Assembly (NCBI GenBank): GCA_033442325.1
Contig: JAWQFM010000014.1
Location: 170,950 to 234,949 of the forward strand
Length of the DNA: 64,000 bases
Source: Salpingoeca rosetta
Lineage: Eukaryota; Protista; Choanoflagellata
Direction: 5' to 3'
The stretch's first letter is position 1. Every line of letters starts with the position of its first letter. Position numbers and translations under genes: made by a program. The notes under the pieces are model-generated. The model did not search any database and was not told where the DNA came from. It worked only from the letters and a program-made list of their open reading frames with translations. Of the stretch, positions 45,850 to 64,000 are shown in pieces.

Positions 45850-48800
45850 TCACGCACATGCAACCGCTGCGCCTGCTGTGCAGCCATCAGCGTGATTGGG
45901 CGTGGCCTAGCTGTTGCGTGGGCGGCGCAGGACGTATTCACACCGCTCCTGCCAACAATCGCCGCTTTCACAAAGGCAACACTTGCGCCCCTCACCTTCC
46001 AGCAGCGCGCTGCTGTCATCTCACAGCACGTTGTGGACTCGTTTAGAGGTGAGCTGGAAGCACCGCCCAGTTGCTTCGTGTGCGATTGCAGTTGCGTGTG
46101 TGCGTGTGTGCGTGTGTGCGTGTGTGCGTGTGTGCGTGTGTACATTATTTGGACGTGTTGATGGATGGCGGTGTCACGCGTGTGCGCTTGTGATGAAGTG
46201 TGTGCATATGCTCTCACACCCTCCCATGTTTTGTGATCGTGCTCGCAGCGTTTTGGTTCCACGTGACCATGCTCCGCCTGTTTGATCTCACGGGCGACGA
46301 GAACGAGGTGTCGGCATTGTTCCAGGCTGCTTGCATGCACCAAAATGAGGCCTTGCCTGCTTGCCTTCTTGCTGTTACCCGTGTCACGTCCGCGTGTGCT
46401 CATTGCGATGTCTGCTCACCGCCCATGCGTGCCCATGTACACAACATGCACATACATGCACATACCTGCACATACATCCACATTCATCAAAACCCCGCCT
46501 TCCTGGTTCTGTTGTCAGGGCGCCAAGAAAGCGCTGCGGGACATTGCGCTGTACAGCCCCGTGCTTGTTGACGAGCGAGCAAAGCACTACCTCAAGGCCC
46601 AACTCATGTCCAGTGTAGAGTACATCGAGGATAAGGTTGATGCCAAGGAGCTTAGTAGCCTTCAGTCCCGCCTGCACAAGTCGCTCTCGTGGCATTCCCT
46701 GCACACACCCGATGTGCACCGCCTGGAGTTTGCAACCACCCTCTACGCTCTCGCCGTGTTTGAAGTCGAGGTGCGTGTAAATGTGTATGAATGTGTGTGT
46801 GAATGTGTATGAATGTGTGTGAATGAGAGAGAGAGTGTGTGTGTGTGCGTGCGTGTTTGTGGGTGGGTGCGCGTGCCTGCAAGTGTGCATGCGTGTTTGT
46901 GAATGTGCGCTGTGTGTGAGTGCACGGATTGTGCAGTTTTGAACTGAAGCGTTTCTCTTAACTGGACCTGTCACACTTGTCTGCTTTTGTCGATTTTTCT
47001 TTTTCATCGGCCGACATGTGCTCACGATGATGGCGCATTCAAAATGCACTCTGCAGTCGCGGCGCCTGTGCAGGAGGGGCGGCAACTTCTTTGAAACGTT
47101 TCATTACATCGAAGACAAAGGACAGCACCACGAGTCACGCCTCCCAGCCATGCGCATCCTCCTTGACGTCCTCTTCCAGCAGCATGTCGAGTACCTTGCA
47201 TCCCAGCGCAGGTGTGTATTGTCACGTGTGGACATGTGCGACTGTGTGTGTGTGAATTTGTGTGCGTGTGTGAATTTATGAATGTCTTTGTGCACGTGTG
47301 TTCATTGCACGTGTGTTTCATGTGCAGTGTGTTTCACGTACACGTGTTTGTGTGTTGAGCATGTTTGCGTCATGTTCATTTCATTGCGAGGTGCATAGTG
47401 TCTGTTCTTAACCCCATCTCTTACGTCTCTCACTTATCAACAACTCCAAACACACCACCTTTTCCTCTCTCCCTTTCACCGCCAGCGGCCGCGAGAAGCT
47501 GAAGATTCTTGAAGACACGGCCATTTTTCTCATCATCAAGTTCAACCACCGCGTCAAGATCGTCAAGCAGATGGCAGACCAGTTCCTCTCCCTCCTCACA
47601 GAGAGGTCACACCCGCGAGAAGAGAGAGAGGGGGGGGGGATGAGTCCACGTGTGTGTTGTGTGTGCATTCCTGCGCGTTTGAGTATGTGTGCGTGCGTGT
47701 GTGTTTATGTGTGTGTGCGTGCGTGTATGTGTGTGTGTGCGTGCGTGTATGTGCGTGCGTGCGTGCGTGTATGTGTGTGTGTGTGTGATAAGTTGGGCTC
47801 CATCCCTGGCATGCTCGCTTCCTCACAGCCCGACACAAACACATCACAAACACATCACAACCTCACGCACACCAACTCAACCTCTGCCCTGACAGGTTCC
47901 CGCATCTGCTGTGGAGCATGCGCGTGATTGTGGAAATGTTGAATTTTCTTCAAGCCATTCACGAAACGTCGATGCGGCCCGATGCTCCGATTGGGCAGCA
48001 GGTCACCGTCACCATCTCCTGCCCGCCATACACACACGTCATGCCATCCACACAGGAGACAAGGTAATGTGGGCTCGTAAACGGCCTGATGTTGTTGTTG
48101 TGCTTGTCATGCTGGCATGGCACGTGCTCTGTCAATACTTTGCGCGTCTGTGTGCTGAAATGCATGATGGATACCCCACTGCTGCATGTGTACTCACCAC
48201 GTGACCATGCCAATGCTGCCTGCATCCTCCCTCCGGTGACTGCCCTGTGGCGTACGATGCGCGTGACATCAGGACGGAGATTGTGAAGGACTTTGTGTCG
48301 CACTGCTCCGCCATTCTGCAGCAGGCGCTGTCACACTCGGCAGTTGATGCCCTCGCCACCATCCAGCAATACATTTCACAGCTCCAGCGCACCGCCACCA
48401 AGAAGGACCACGCAGGACTGCAGATGGCGCTCCAAGCCATCGCCGCCTATCCTTCGGACATGCCGTCCTCTTTCCTCTCCACGTTTGGGCCCTCCCTCGC
48501 CCTCCAAAACCATTACTCAGGTGCACAGCCTGTTGTGCGTGATGTGCGCGTGTTGTGCGCGTGTACTTGTTTGTGTGCGTGTGCGTGTTTGAGTGCTGTG
48601 CATGCTGTGCGCATGTGCTGTGCAACATGAATCTTCTCTCGAAGCGACTGCACTTACCAAAGGCCACTGGGAATGCGGTGCAGGCCAGCTGCAGGGTGTG
48701 CTGCTTGCTGCCTCTGTGACGGTGCACGGCAGCAAAGGCACTGCGCGCGATATTGCCCGTGCAGACACCACGCCAATGGTCGACCCCGTCAAGTCCGACG

Positions 48801-49646
48801 AGGACTCCTACGGTGTGTTCATACGTGTGTGCGTACGTATGTGTATGTGTGTGATCGTATGTGTGTTTACGTGGTTGTGTGCGTGTGTGTGTTTTCGTGG
48901 TTTTGTGCGTGTGTGTGTGTGTTTTCGTGTTTGTGATTACGGGTCGCTTTATTGTTGTGCAACATGCCTCTCATGCATGTGCTACAACGCTTTCTCACCA
49001 TCCACTTATCCACTCACCCATCCACTCACCCATCTCACATACACTCTTTCGCGTTCAACCAGCCCGGAGCACGCGGCTGGAGACGCCGAGCGTGGTAGTC
49101 GGCCTGTCGTCCTGGGCCGAGCGGGTGCTGGGCCGCCTCAAGTACATCAGCGCCCGCCTCTTCGCGGATAAGGACGATGCATCGCAGGAGCAGCAGGTGC
49201 GCACACTCCGTGTTTTGTGTGTGTGTGTGTGCGTGTGTGTGCGCGCGCGCGCACTGCGTGTTTTGTGTGTGTGTGTGTGTGCGTGTGTGTGTGTGCGTGT
49301 GTGTGCGCGCGCGTGTTTTGTGTGTGTGTGTGCGTGTGTGTGTGTGTGTGCGTGTGTGTGTAGCAATGTGGTTGACTTTCAGTGAATTTGTGCATGTGTT
49401 GAGTGACTCATGGTTTTGCGTGCTGCTGCTGGTGATTGCTGGATGTGCACGTGGTGTGTGTGTGTGTGTGTGCAGGATGCGTGGATGGAGCAGCTGCAAG
49501 AGGCCATGTACCAAGCAACCGCTATCCTTGGTGAGAGTTGCTGCTCCCATTGCTGTGTCTCTGCACAAGCTGCTCCTGTTTGTCCTCCACGTCTCTCTGC
49601 CTCTCACGTCATGCACTCTACATGTGCGCGTGTGCATGCTCACCTC

Positions 49647-49683
<37 letters not shown>

Positions 49684-50766
49684 CTCTGCGCGCGTGTGTT
49701 GGTGCGTGTATGCGTGCGTCATTATCTTTCCCTCCGCGCCTGCAGTGTTCCGGCCGCCCGGCTGGGATCCGCTGTCCCACCGCACGTCAACGCTCTCTGC
49801 CACGATGATCGACGTTCTGGTGTGGGCGCCGGTCAAGCTCAACTCTGTTCCGGCCATGACAACGGCGGTGGCGTGCTGGTCCTGGCTCGTCTCCTCCCGT
49901 CCCGAGATGGAAACACGCATTGTACGAGGCCTTGATCTTGGCTTGAGACGCACACAGTTTGCGGCGTGTGTGTGTTTGTGTTTGCGGCGTGTGTGTGCTT
50001 ATTTGTGTGTGTGCATGCGTGAACATGAAGCATGGAGGAAGTGGTGTGGTTTCAACTGCCTGAAGAGTTTGCATGCGAATGCATTTACCTTCCTCATGGG
50101 TGCGTCTCTCCTTCTCTCCCATTTCGGCCCTGCAGCTGTGTGCGATGGAAGCGGCGTGGTCGTGGACGATTGAGAATCGCGTTGGCCTCTTCAGCTCCGA
50201 CCACGGCCATTCCCAGGGCCGCGAAGAGGTGCACTCGTGCGTGCATGTGTATGTTTGTGAGTGTGTGCGTGTGTGCGTGTGTGAGTGTGTGAGTGTGTGC
50301 GTGTGTGCGTGTGTGCGTGTGTGCGTATGTGAGTGCGTGTGTATGCGTGCGCTTGTGTGCGCGTGTGCGTGTGCACTTGTTTTTTGTTTGTTTTGTTGTC
50401 AGTAGTTTTGTTTGTTGCAGTGCCTGCAGCCGTTCGTAAACAAGAGTTCATGCCTTCGTGGATCGCGCTTTGCTCATGTGCGCCTGTGTTTTTTATTCCC
50501 CCTTGTTTGTTTTGTGTGCTTGCAGGTGTTTGAAGCGGACATGCGGGCCGATCCCGCCCACGAACAGCCCGTTGGGCTCTGGCTGTCCTTCCTCATTGTA
50601 CGCAATCCACGCGCACGCGTGCATGCGCTGCTTGCTGGTGGCGGTCTGGCTTCTCGTCCAACATTTTGGTGGACCTACGCGACCGTGCATTCAACTGCGC
50701 AATTGTGTACCCAACTGTGCAATTGTGCACTCAACTGTGCATTCGCCTACCATTATCACTCACACA

Positions 50767-50815
<49 letters not shown>

Positions 50816-52753
50816 ACACACACACAGGAGCGGTTCACGGTGATTGCGCCCCGCAGCCTGTCCCAATCGCAGCTCATCACGTCGATGGTCGTTGCTGCTC
50901 TCCGCGCCGCCCCCTCCGTCTGTCGCCAGGCCTCGTTCTGGTACGCGTTGCACTGCATTGCACCCCACTGCACCCCACTGCATTGTGTTCCATCCCCGCA
51001 CCATGGTGGTTGGCGTGGCTGTAGTTGGCCTGGTTAGCGGTTGTGTGGGTTACGTGCCTTCTCGTGGAATTGAATCTACGTGTTGTCACTGCTCATTGCT
51101 CACCACCAACGCACACCACCACCGCCAACGCACACCACCGCCACCACCAACACACACCACCGCCACCACTAACGCACACCACCGCCGCCACATTGACGCT
51201 GTCAGGGAATCGCGGTGGAAGCTGTATCGGCTGGCGCTCACCATCCTGCACATGCGCACGCAGCTCAACGACAACGTGCAAGTGGTGTTGCGCTCCCAGC
51301 TGTACAGCAGCGTGCTGGACTATTTCTCCGTCCCGCCACGCTGGACAACAACCTCCCTCGCCATCAAGGTGACGCGGGCATGCTTTGCGTTGCCTGTATG
51401 CGTCGGATTTGTTGTATGCGTCGTTGTGTGTGTGTGTGTGTCGTTGTGTGTTTTATGCGCACTTATATCACTCACAGCGCCCCCTCCCCCCTCCTTTCCT
51501 CCACATCCCTCTTGCCTTCCTCACACGACCATCATCACCACGACCATCACGGCTGCCATGGCCACGACCATCACGGCTGCCATGGCCACCACCACCAGGC
51601 GATGGAGGCGATGCTGGCGTGCTATTCGTGCATGCAGGCAGACCGGGTGCGCTGCAAAGCGATGGACCAGGTGCTAGCAGAGCACATGCCCCGGCGCCTG
51701 CGCCGTGCGGGCCATTCCTCCGACCCGCGGTTTTCGCGGCGGTGTGACTTGTGTCTGCTGCTGCTGCGACACGAGATTGAGCGCTTCCTTGCCTGGTACC
51801 ACACGGGCGCAACGCAGGTACACACGTGTGGTGGACGTGTTTGGGGATGGAGAGCAGAGACCCCTCACCGCCATGATGTTGCTGCGGGAAGGAGGAGGAG
51901 CGTAGATGCTTTGTTTGTTTGTTTGTTCGTGTGTTTGTGTGTGTGTGCGTGTGTGTGTGTGTGAGTGTGTGAGTGTGTGAGTGTGTGTGTGAGTGAGTGT
52001 GCGTGTGTTTCGAATGCGGATGTATTGCGTTGCCTTCTTGCCATTGGGTATGCTCACTGACGATACCATGTTGACTCCGACGACAGACAACACCAATCAC
52101 TGGCGAGGAAGAGGTGAAAAAATACGCCAAGCCCTCGCCCAGCCCTTCAGAGCGCACGTATGTGGCCGCTTGCAGTCTACATTCACCTGCCGCACACCAC
52201 ATGTGCAATTCGCCTGCCTTCCCTACACCTGTGATTGCACACGCTGATTTGCCTGTTTCTCTTTATCTCACGGCCACCGTGGAACCTCGACAACCACCAC
52301 TCGACTCGCCCAACACAACACCAAACACTAATCTTCAGGTGGAAGGAGTATATTGGGCTCGCATGGCAAACAAACCCAGCAATTGTCATCCAGATTGGTG
52401 CGCAACCAGCAGTGTATGCGTGTGATGCGTGTGTGCTGCATACATGAGAATGTACCACTGCACCCCTGGGACGATGTTTGTCTTCTTTTGTTTCAGCTGC
52501 GTGGACAAGCGTCATCCAACCCAACGTCGCTCGACCCACTCACCTCCAACAACACATCCCCCCACGCCAAACCGTGCAATTTACGCTGTGTCTGTTGCGC
52601 CCGCAGCCCACCGGTACTTTGGCGTCGAGTGCGTGCAGAAGGAAACAGCGCGCCGTGTCAAAGCAAACCCAGCAGCCGTCAGCCACATCGTCAGTCCCAT
52701 CGCGTGAACCAATCAGCAAAGAGACGGGCAGCGAGAGAGAGAGAGAGAGAGAG

Positions 52754-52802
<49 letters not shown>

Positions 52803-53969
52803 TGTGTGTGTGCGTGTGTGCGTGTGTGTGTTTGTGCGTGTGTTTTTGCGTGTATGCGTGTGTATGGGTGATAGTGCATGTTTGTTTGGGGTGTGTGGTT
52901 GTGTATGTTTCCATTCATCTTTGCTGTTTGTGTCTGCGTGGCCCCATGCTGCGCTTGGTCCTACCTCTGACCAACATCTTTGGTCTTACCTCGTCTTACC
53001 TCCCTTAAATTGCATATCGCAGCCGGAAGCGATTCACTACCTGATCACGAAGCAGAATGTCGCCGACAACTGCCATGAACTGCATCACGTCCTGTCCTGG
53101 AGCACCGTCTCCCCCATCACAGGTACATACCACCACCACCACCACCATGATCGTGATCGTGATCGTGATCGTAACGTTGATGGTGTCAGTTGCGCCTGCA
53201 CCTGCTTGTTTCGGTTTTCGGCATCTGGTACACCAACTCTGCCCACTGTCTTCGTCTTGCTTACCACCACTGCGCCCGCGTACGTGCGTGCATGCATTCC
53301 TGTAATGTTGCATCACACCAGCTCTTCGCTTCCTGCGCGAGTACCCAGGCCACGTCATCATCAGCCAGGTGTGCATTCATGCACACACACACATACATAC
53401 ATACACACACACACACAGATGCTGTTTGTTCGACGTTGCGCTGTGTGAACCATCTTTTCTTTGGTGGTGTGTTGCTGCTGCTTACGTATTGTTTTCCTTC
53501 ACCACTTCTCTTCCCCTGCGCTCACTTTACCCAAATTGCCACCATCATCACATTCAGTACTGCCTGAAAGCGCTGAGTCACTTCAGGCCCGATGTTATTC
53601 TCTTCTACATCCCGCAGCTCGTGCAGGTTTGTTGTGTGACGCAGTGCTGTGGTAGTGTGGCGGTGTGGCGGTGTGATGACATTGAGCAATACCCTTTGCT
53701 GCTTGCTTTCTTGAACCGCCGTGTCTGCTCAATTCACCCCCTTACATGCGACATGCGTCACACCATCTTCCACCACAATCTCCATCGCCACCGCCGCCGC
53801 CTGCACGCGTGTGTGTCTTTAGGCGCTGCGGTACGACGATCGGGGCTACATCCAGCAGTACATGCTGCGCGCAGCAGCGGACTCACAGCTCCTTGCACAC
53901 CAGATGATCTGGAACATGGCCACCAACATGTACACGTACGTGAACAAGGGGCGGTCTGTGTGTGTGTGT

Positions 53970-54017
<48 letters not shown>

Positions 54018-55858
54018 CAGCTCCTCGCGAAGTTCGAACGATATCAACAACACCAGCAACAACCACCACCATCACCACCATCACCATCAGGGATGAGGAC
54101 GGGGAGCACCGTGACGAACAGCTGGGCGACATTTTGGAGCTGCTGATGGGCGGGATCAAGGCGAACCTGCACGACGGCGCCTTGCGCTTCTACGAGCGCG
54201 AGTTTTCGTTTTTTGAGCAGATTACAGGCATCTCCGGCCGCATCCGCGACAAGGAGCTCGGCCCCGAGCGAAAGGTGGGCAACACGACGGTGGTCGTGGT
54301 GTTTGTTGATAATGGTAGTGGCGGTGGTCGTGGTGGAAGCAAAGGAGTAGACAAGCGATAGAGCCGGGGACGTGCATTCATACATTGCTCAGCCACAGAA
54401 ATGCTTTCAACTGCGCGCCATCACCCTCATCACCTTCAACCTCCTGCATTGCTCCACGCAACACCTCCCGACCGCCAACTCCAAATCGTGGCAGGCGGCG
54501 TGCTTGAAGGAGTTGGCGAAGGTGAAGTTGCAACCGGGCTGCTACCTTCCATCGTCACCGTTTGGAATGATAACGGCCATCGACTACAGCTCAGGCACCC
54601 CTATGCAGGTCTGCGCACGGCGTCATACACGTGTATGCATGTGTTGTGTTGTGTGGCAACGGTGGGCGTGCATATGCCCATGTGTTTTGTGTCTGCGGAT
54701 GTTACAGCTGGCCCTGCACTCAACACAACATCACACACACACACACACACACACACTGAAACGCAATCGAACGCAAACACACACACACACACACTCACTC
54801 ACGTCGGACCATGCGTGCATGCGTGCGAGTGCAGAGTGCGGCCAAGGCGCCATATCTTGCGCGGTTCAAAGTTGCGCAGTGCACTCTGGAGGAGATTGTG
54901 GAGATTGGCTCGAGCGAGGAGGAGGTGGACCTGAGCGAGCGCGACAGCAAGTGGCTCGCATGCATCTTCAAGGTCGGCGATGATGTGCGACAGGACATGC
55001 TCGCCCTGCAGATTATCCAGCTCATGAAGAACATTTTCGCCGAAGTTGGCCTGGACGTTGCTCTCTTCCCGTATCGGTGAGCCGCACACAGCACGTGCGC
55101 TAAGCTCTGTGGTCGTGTACGAGTTTGCGCGTGTGTGATTGTGTGTGCGTGTGATTGTGTGTGCGTGTGATTGTGTGTGATTGTGTTTTTGAACATTTGC
55201 ACGGGTAGATGTGTCATGTGGCAGTACAGCAGTACAGTCGTGGTGGTGCGTTCACCCCTTCTCCGCTCGCAACCTCACCCTCGCTTCATCAATGACACCG
55301 GTCGCCACACGTCACATCAACCACCACCGACCACAACCAGCGTGGTTGCGACGGGGCCAGGCTCCGGCGTGATTGAATGCGTGGAGAATGCGACCTCCCG
55401 TGACCAGCTGGGCCGGCAGACGAACATGTCGCTGTACGACTACTTCCTGAAGGTGTATGGGGATGAGGACACGCGGGAGTTCCAGGCAGCGCGACTCAAC
55501 TTCATCAAGAGCATGGCCGCGTACTCGCTCGTCGGGTTTCTCCTGCAGATCAAGGACCGGCACAACGGAAACATCATGGTGAACAAGCAGGGGCACATCA
55601 TCCACATTGACTTTGGGTTTATGTTTGAGTCGTCGCCTGGTGGGAACATTGGGTTTGAACCAGACATGAAGCTGACAAAGGAGATGGTGCTCATCATGGG
55701 AGGCAGCCAGGCCGCAGAGCCATTCAGGTGCACGTGATGATGCTGTTGTGATGCTGTGGTGGCGTGATGATGGACTGATGCTAATCGCTTGCACTTGTTT
55801 ATGTTTATGGTCGTGGTGCTGTTCGCTATTGTTGATTTGGTGGTATATCCAGTACGTA

Positions 55859-55893
<35 letters not shown>

Positions 55894-56661
55894 ACACACA
55901 CACACACACTGCCTCACCGCTGCCGCCGTTGTGCCAACTGCAGGTGGTTTGTGGACATGTGCATCCGCTGCTACCTTGCCGTTCGCCCCTACCACGACCA
56001 GATTGTCGGCCTCGTTGCCCTCATGCTCGACACGGGACTGCCCTGTTTCCGCACAGACCGCATTCTCGAGAGCCTCAGGTGTGTGTGTGTGTATGTGTGT
56101 GCGTGTATGTGTGTGCTGGTGTGTGTGCGGGTGTGTATGTGTGTGTGTATGTGTGTGTATGTATGTATTTTTGTATGTATGTATGTATGTATGTATGTAT
56201 GTATGTATGTATGTATGTATGTATGTATGTATGTATGTATGTATGTATGTATGTATGTATGTATGTATGTATGTATGTATGTATGTATGTATGTATGTAT
56301 GTATGTATGTATGTATGTATGTATGTATGTATGTATGTATGTATGTGTAAATTTGTGTGTGTGCCTATCTGTCCGCCCATGTCGCAACGCCCTGTTTCTG
56401 TTTTGTGTTGCTCTGCTGTGCCTTTCTCTCCTGTCAACATGGAGTGCGTGCTCACCCTCTCCCTCGCCCGCACACCCTCACCCCTTCCACCTTTCTCCAT
56501 CGTGTGCGTGTGTCTCGCGAAAAAGGAACCGGTTCCAGCCAAACAAGACGGATGCTGAGGCAGCGGCATTCATGCGCCATCGCATCAACTCGTGCTACCT
56601 GAACACGCGCACAGAACTCTACGACAAGCTGCAGAACGTGCAGAATGCCATTGCACACTAG
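39902..56661 (+). CDS. PI4KA: Phosphatidylinositol 4-kinase III alpha (Stt4/PI4KA), many small exons; start codon approximate
   Basis: C-terminal exons give FYIPQLVQ|[42 protein letters not shown]|[74 protein letters not shown] and [13 protein letters not shown]. Upstream helical-solenoid exons extend back to ~39902. Confidence 0.95.
45335..45770 (+). repeat. (CATA)n tetranucleotide microsatellite, ~430 bp, in a PI4KA intron
   Basis: Near-perfect TACA/CATA array read directly in intron 45283-45883. Confidence 0.97.
56173..56345 (+). repeat. (TATG)n tetranucleotide microsatellite, ~170 bp, in the last PI4KA intron
   Basis: GTAT/TATG array read directly in intron 56079-56525. Confidence 0.97.
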
Positions 56662-56996
56662 GCGAGCCGTGATGGTGGTGGTGGTGGTGGTGGTGGTGGT
56701 GGTGGTGGTCAATGCGTGGTGCATGTGCTCGCTCCGCGTGTCGTGCTTGCAATGTTGGGTGGTGTTGGGGTTTGGTCACATCAATACACGTTCTCACAGG
56801 CAAGCATCAATTACACGCTGTTTACTGGGACACACACGCACACACGCACACCCACATGCACACACACACACATGCGCTGCTCGACGTCGTGTCGCCTGCG
56901 GTACAGCCGAAGGGACAAACAAAAAGGTCCAAGGAAGGCAGAGGGAGACAATATGCGACACAAATGGTTCGCTTCCAACACGTACACACACACATA

Positions 56997-57539
56997 CTAC
57001 TTTCCAACGCGGGCAAGGGAGGAGTCGGTCTTTGGGTCGGCAGTGACGTTTTGGGCAGCGGTGATGAGCTCGTTGACGCGTGTTTGCAGATCACGAAGAT
57101 CAGACACGTGCAGCAGCCGAAGCACCTTTGCTGCATCGTCCAACGCAGCATCTACCCAGCGCAGGCATGGCGGGAACCGAGGGATGTGTGTGAATGTGTG
57201 CGTTGGGGGAGAATGTAAAGGTGATTGAAGCGAACACAACCGCATGCATTGCATGCACCGCCTCCTTTTCCTGTTAATCAAAGAAGTGCAGTCTTCCATC
57301 CACCTCCTGTCACCAGCCAACACCACCTCCTGTCACCAGCAGCAATTAACACCACCTCCTGTATCGACATTATGCTCACCGCCAGTTGAGAATCCCAGCG
57401 GCATTTCCTCAAGCGTGTGCCGATCAACAACCTGTCACGACCACCAGCAGCAACGTTGACGAGCGTGGTGAGAACTGCCGTCGCTCACATCGTGGGCGGC
57501 GGTTGCATGCCGAAAGCGGGAACAACTCAGACCAACACA

Positions 57540-57591
<52 letters not shown>

Positions 57592-57896
57592 CACACACAC
57601 ACGCACACACACTGTGCACTGCTATGTACCTCCTGCTGGGCGTCGCGTGCCGCTGTGATGGCCTCTGGTGAAAACTTGCGGGCAACGCGCTTGGCAACGG
57701 CCTGCAGAGGACCGCAGCGTCGCCAGCCGCACGTGGACATCAGCATGCACGAGCAGTTGTGAACGTGCCAGAGAGTGTGAATGAGTGCATGACTGAGAGG
57801 GTACGAGCGAGAATGAAGGAGTTTGAGTGTGCTTGTCGTAGCGACAGCGGGATTCACACACACACACACACACACCCACACATACACACACACGCG

Positions 57897-57928
<32 letters not shown>

Positions 57929-58233
57929 CGCACACACACACACACACGTGTACATGTGCACACGAGCGCATCACCAGCGTACCCTCCACATGAGATTGTC
58001 ATCCTCAACCAACGGAAGCTGCAGCAGTTTGGCAAGCTCCTTCAGTGCTGCCCGCGCCTCATGCGAATGCACTGGGGTGGCAACAAGGGACAACAAGTGG
58101 CAGGCGTGAGGTGTACAAAGACACAGAGACAGCGCAATTGAGACGCACGCCTGAATGTGGGACGTACGCCTGAATGTGGTCACACAAAACAGTCGCACGC
58201 ATGCACAAACATGCACAAGCATTCACACGCAGT

Positions 58234-58303
<70 letters not shown>

Positions 58304-58982
58304 GTCAATGCCAACGGACGCCTTGCCGCGTGCCATGGCGCTCTCAGAGTTGAATGTGTCCGCTGGTGGTGGCGTGGGAAGACAAGCAAGGCCAAACGTG
58401 TGTGAGTGCTTGCAAGGGAGAACACCAGACAAGCGACATGATCGCAAGTCTGGCATGGCACAAGTGTAGTGTGGTCCTTTGTGTCCATCGCGCACACAAG
58501 GCACACGGTGCGTGCAACTGTACCGTTGTCGTGATAGTCGAGAGCAACAGCACGCCCGAGCAGCCAGTCCACGACGAGGTAGCGGTGCGAGTCATTTCCG
58601 CGCCAGTCCTTGCTTGCAAAGGGACATTCCATGTCCTCCAGGTACTGCATACACCGCATGCACGAACAAGAAGCAGTCAATAGGGAGTGGCAACCGCAAG
58701 TGGCAAAGTTGTGGCCCACGAGCACGAAGCGCATGGCGGTGACGCAGCTGCCCACCTTCTGAAAAGTGTCTGACCACGTGTCGCTCTGGATGTCCCTTAG
58801 AGGGCCACGCTCCTCCATCTTGTAGAAGCGGATGGTGGAATCCTCCAGCGCCGACACCAAGTTACGGAACGCTCCCTCATCTACACAACAGCGTGCATGA
58901 AGGTTGTGTGTGTGTGTGTGTTTGTTTAGGGGGGAGGGTTGATTGAGATGCGGGTGCACGCGTCGCCCTCTTGTCTATCACA

Positions 58983-59026
<44 letters not shown>

Positions 59027-59177
59027 CTCTCTCTCTCTCTCTCGCTTTCTCACTCAGTCTCATCGCACATACTGCATATCCACACACCCACATCGCCTTA
59101 CCTTGGTGGTCGAACGACTGAGCAAGAGGGTGCCGTAACGCCGCCAGCCGCCGCTGCACACTCGAGGTTGTCGACAT
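56997..59177 (-). CDS. RTRAF: RNA transcription, translation and transport factor (CGI-99/C14orf166; tRNA ligase complex subunit)
   Basis: [17 protein letters not shown] | [25 protein letters not shown] | YLEDMECPF...[16 protein letters not shown] | LAKLLQL | MPLGFSTG | [51 protein letters not shown]. This matches the RLL-motif family C-terminus. Confidence 0.93.
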
Positions 59178-63832
<4,655 letters not shown>

Positions 63833-64000
63833 GGTTCGTGTGTGTGTATGTGCGTGTGCGTGTGTGCGTGTGTGCGTGTGTGTGTATGTGTGTGCGTGTG
63901 TGCGTGTGCGCGCGTGTAAAAAACTTCAAAAATGTGTAATGTATGTGTTATAGGACGGTACTCAGTAGTTAATAATGGTCTATAGTGTATTGCGTGAAAA

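Noticed and set aside
45191-46161. Long ORFs of MYVC/HTYI repeats, and many CVCV/HTHT ORFs across the window
   Set aside because: These are translations of stop-free intronic microsatellites, not proteins.
63915-64000. AT-richer terminal sequence as a possible mobile-element end
   Set aside because: Too short, with no terminal repeat or ORF. More likely intron sequence or a low-quality read end.

Overview
Intron-rich, GC-rich eukaryotic genomic DNA. Introns are packed with (CA)n/(GT)n microsatellites and proteins carry poly-Q/N/E tracts. This style and the animal-like plus fungal-like gene content suggest a choanoflagellate such as Salpingoeca (inference, not a database match). I reconstruct 13 protein-coding genes by manual splicing: the 3' end of a coiled-coil protein; a MARK/SIK-like pseudokinase with UBA domain; a low-complexity nuclear-type protein; UBL5/Hub1; a very large PX-SAM-PH-actin fusion protein; a fungal Gde1-type SPX-ankyrin-GDPD; a small ankyrin protein; a TM-LRR protein; an SH3-SH3-polyproline-PH(P-Rex-like)-PDZ scaffold lacking a DH domain; a triple-C2/coiled-coil protein; PI4KA; RTRAF; and XRRA1 (3'-truncated). 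Ten of the genes form five tight head-to-head pairs. The most unusual item is the actin-fold protein fused to lipid-binding (PX, PH) and SAM modules. Also notable are the GEF-less P-Rex-like scaffold with Ena/VASP-type motifs and introns with complementary GT(5')/CA(3') ends. There is one 100-N assembly gap. I found no RNA genes, transposons or CRISPR arrays.
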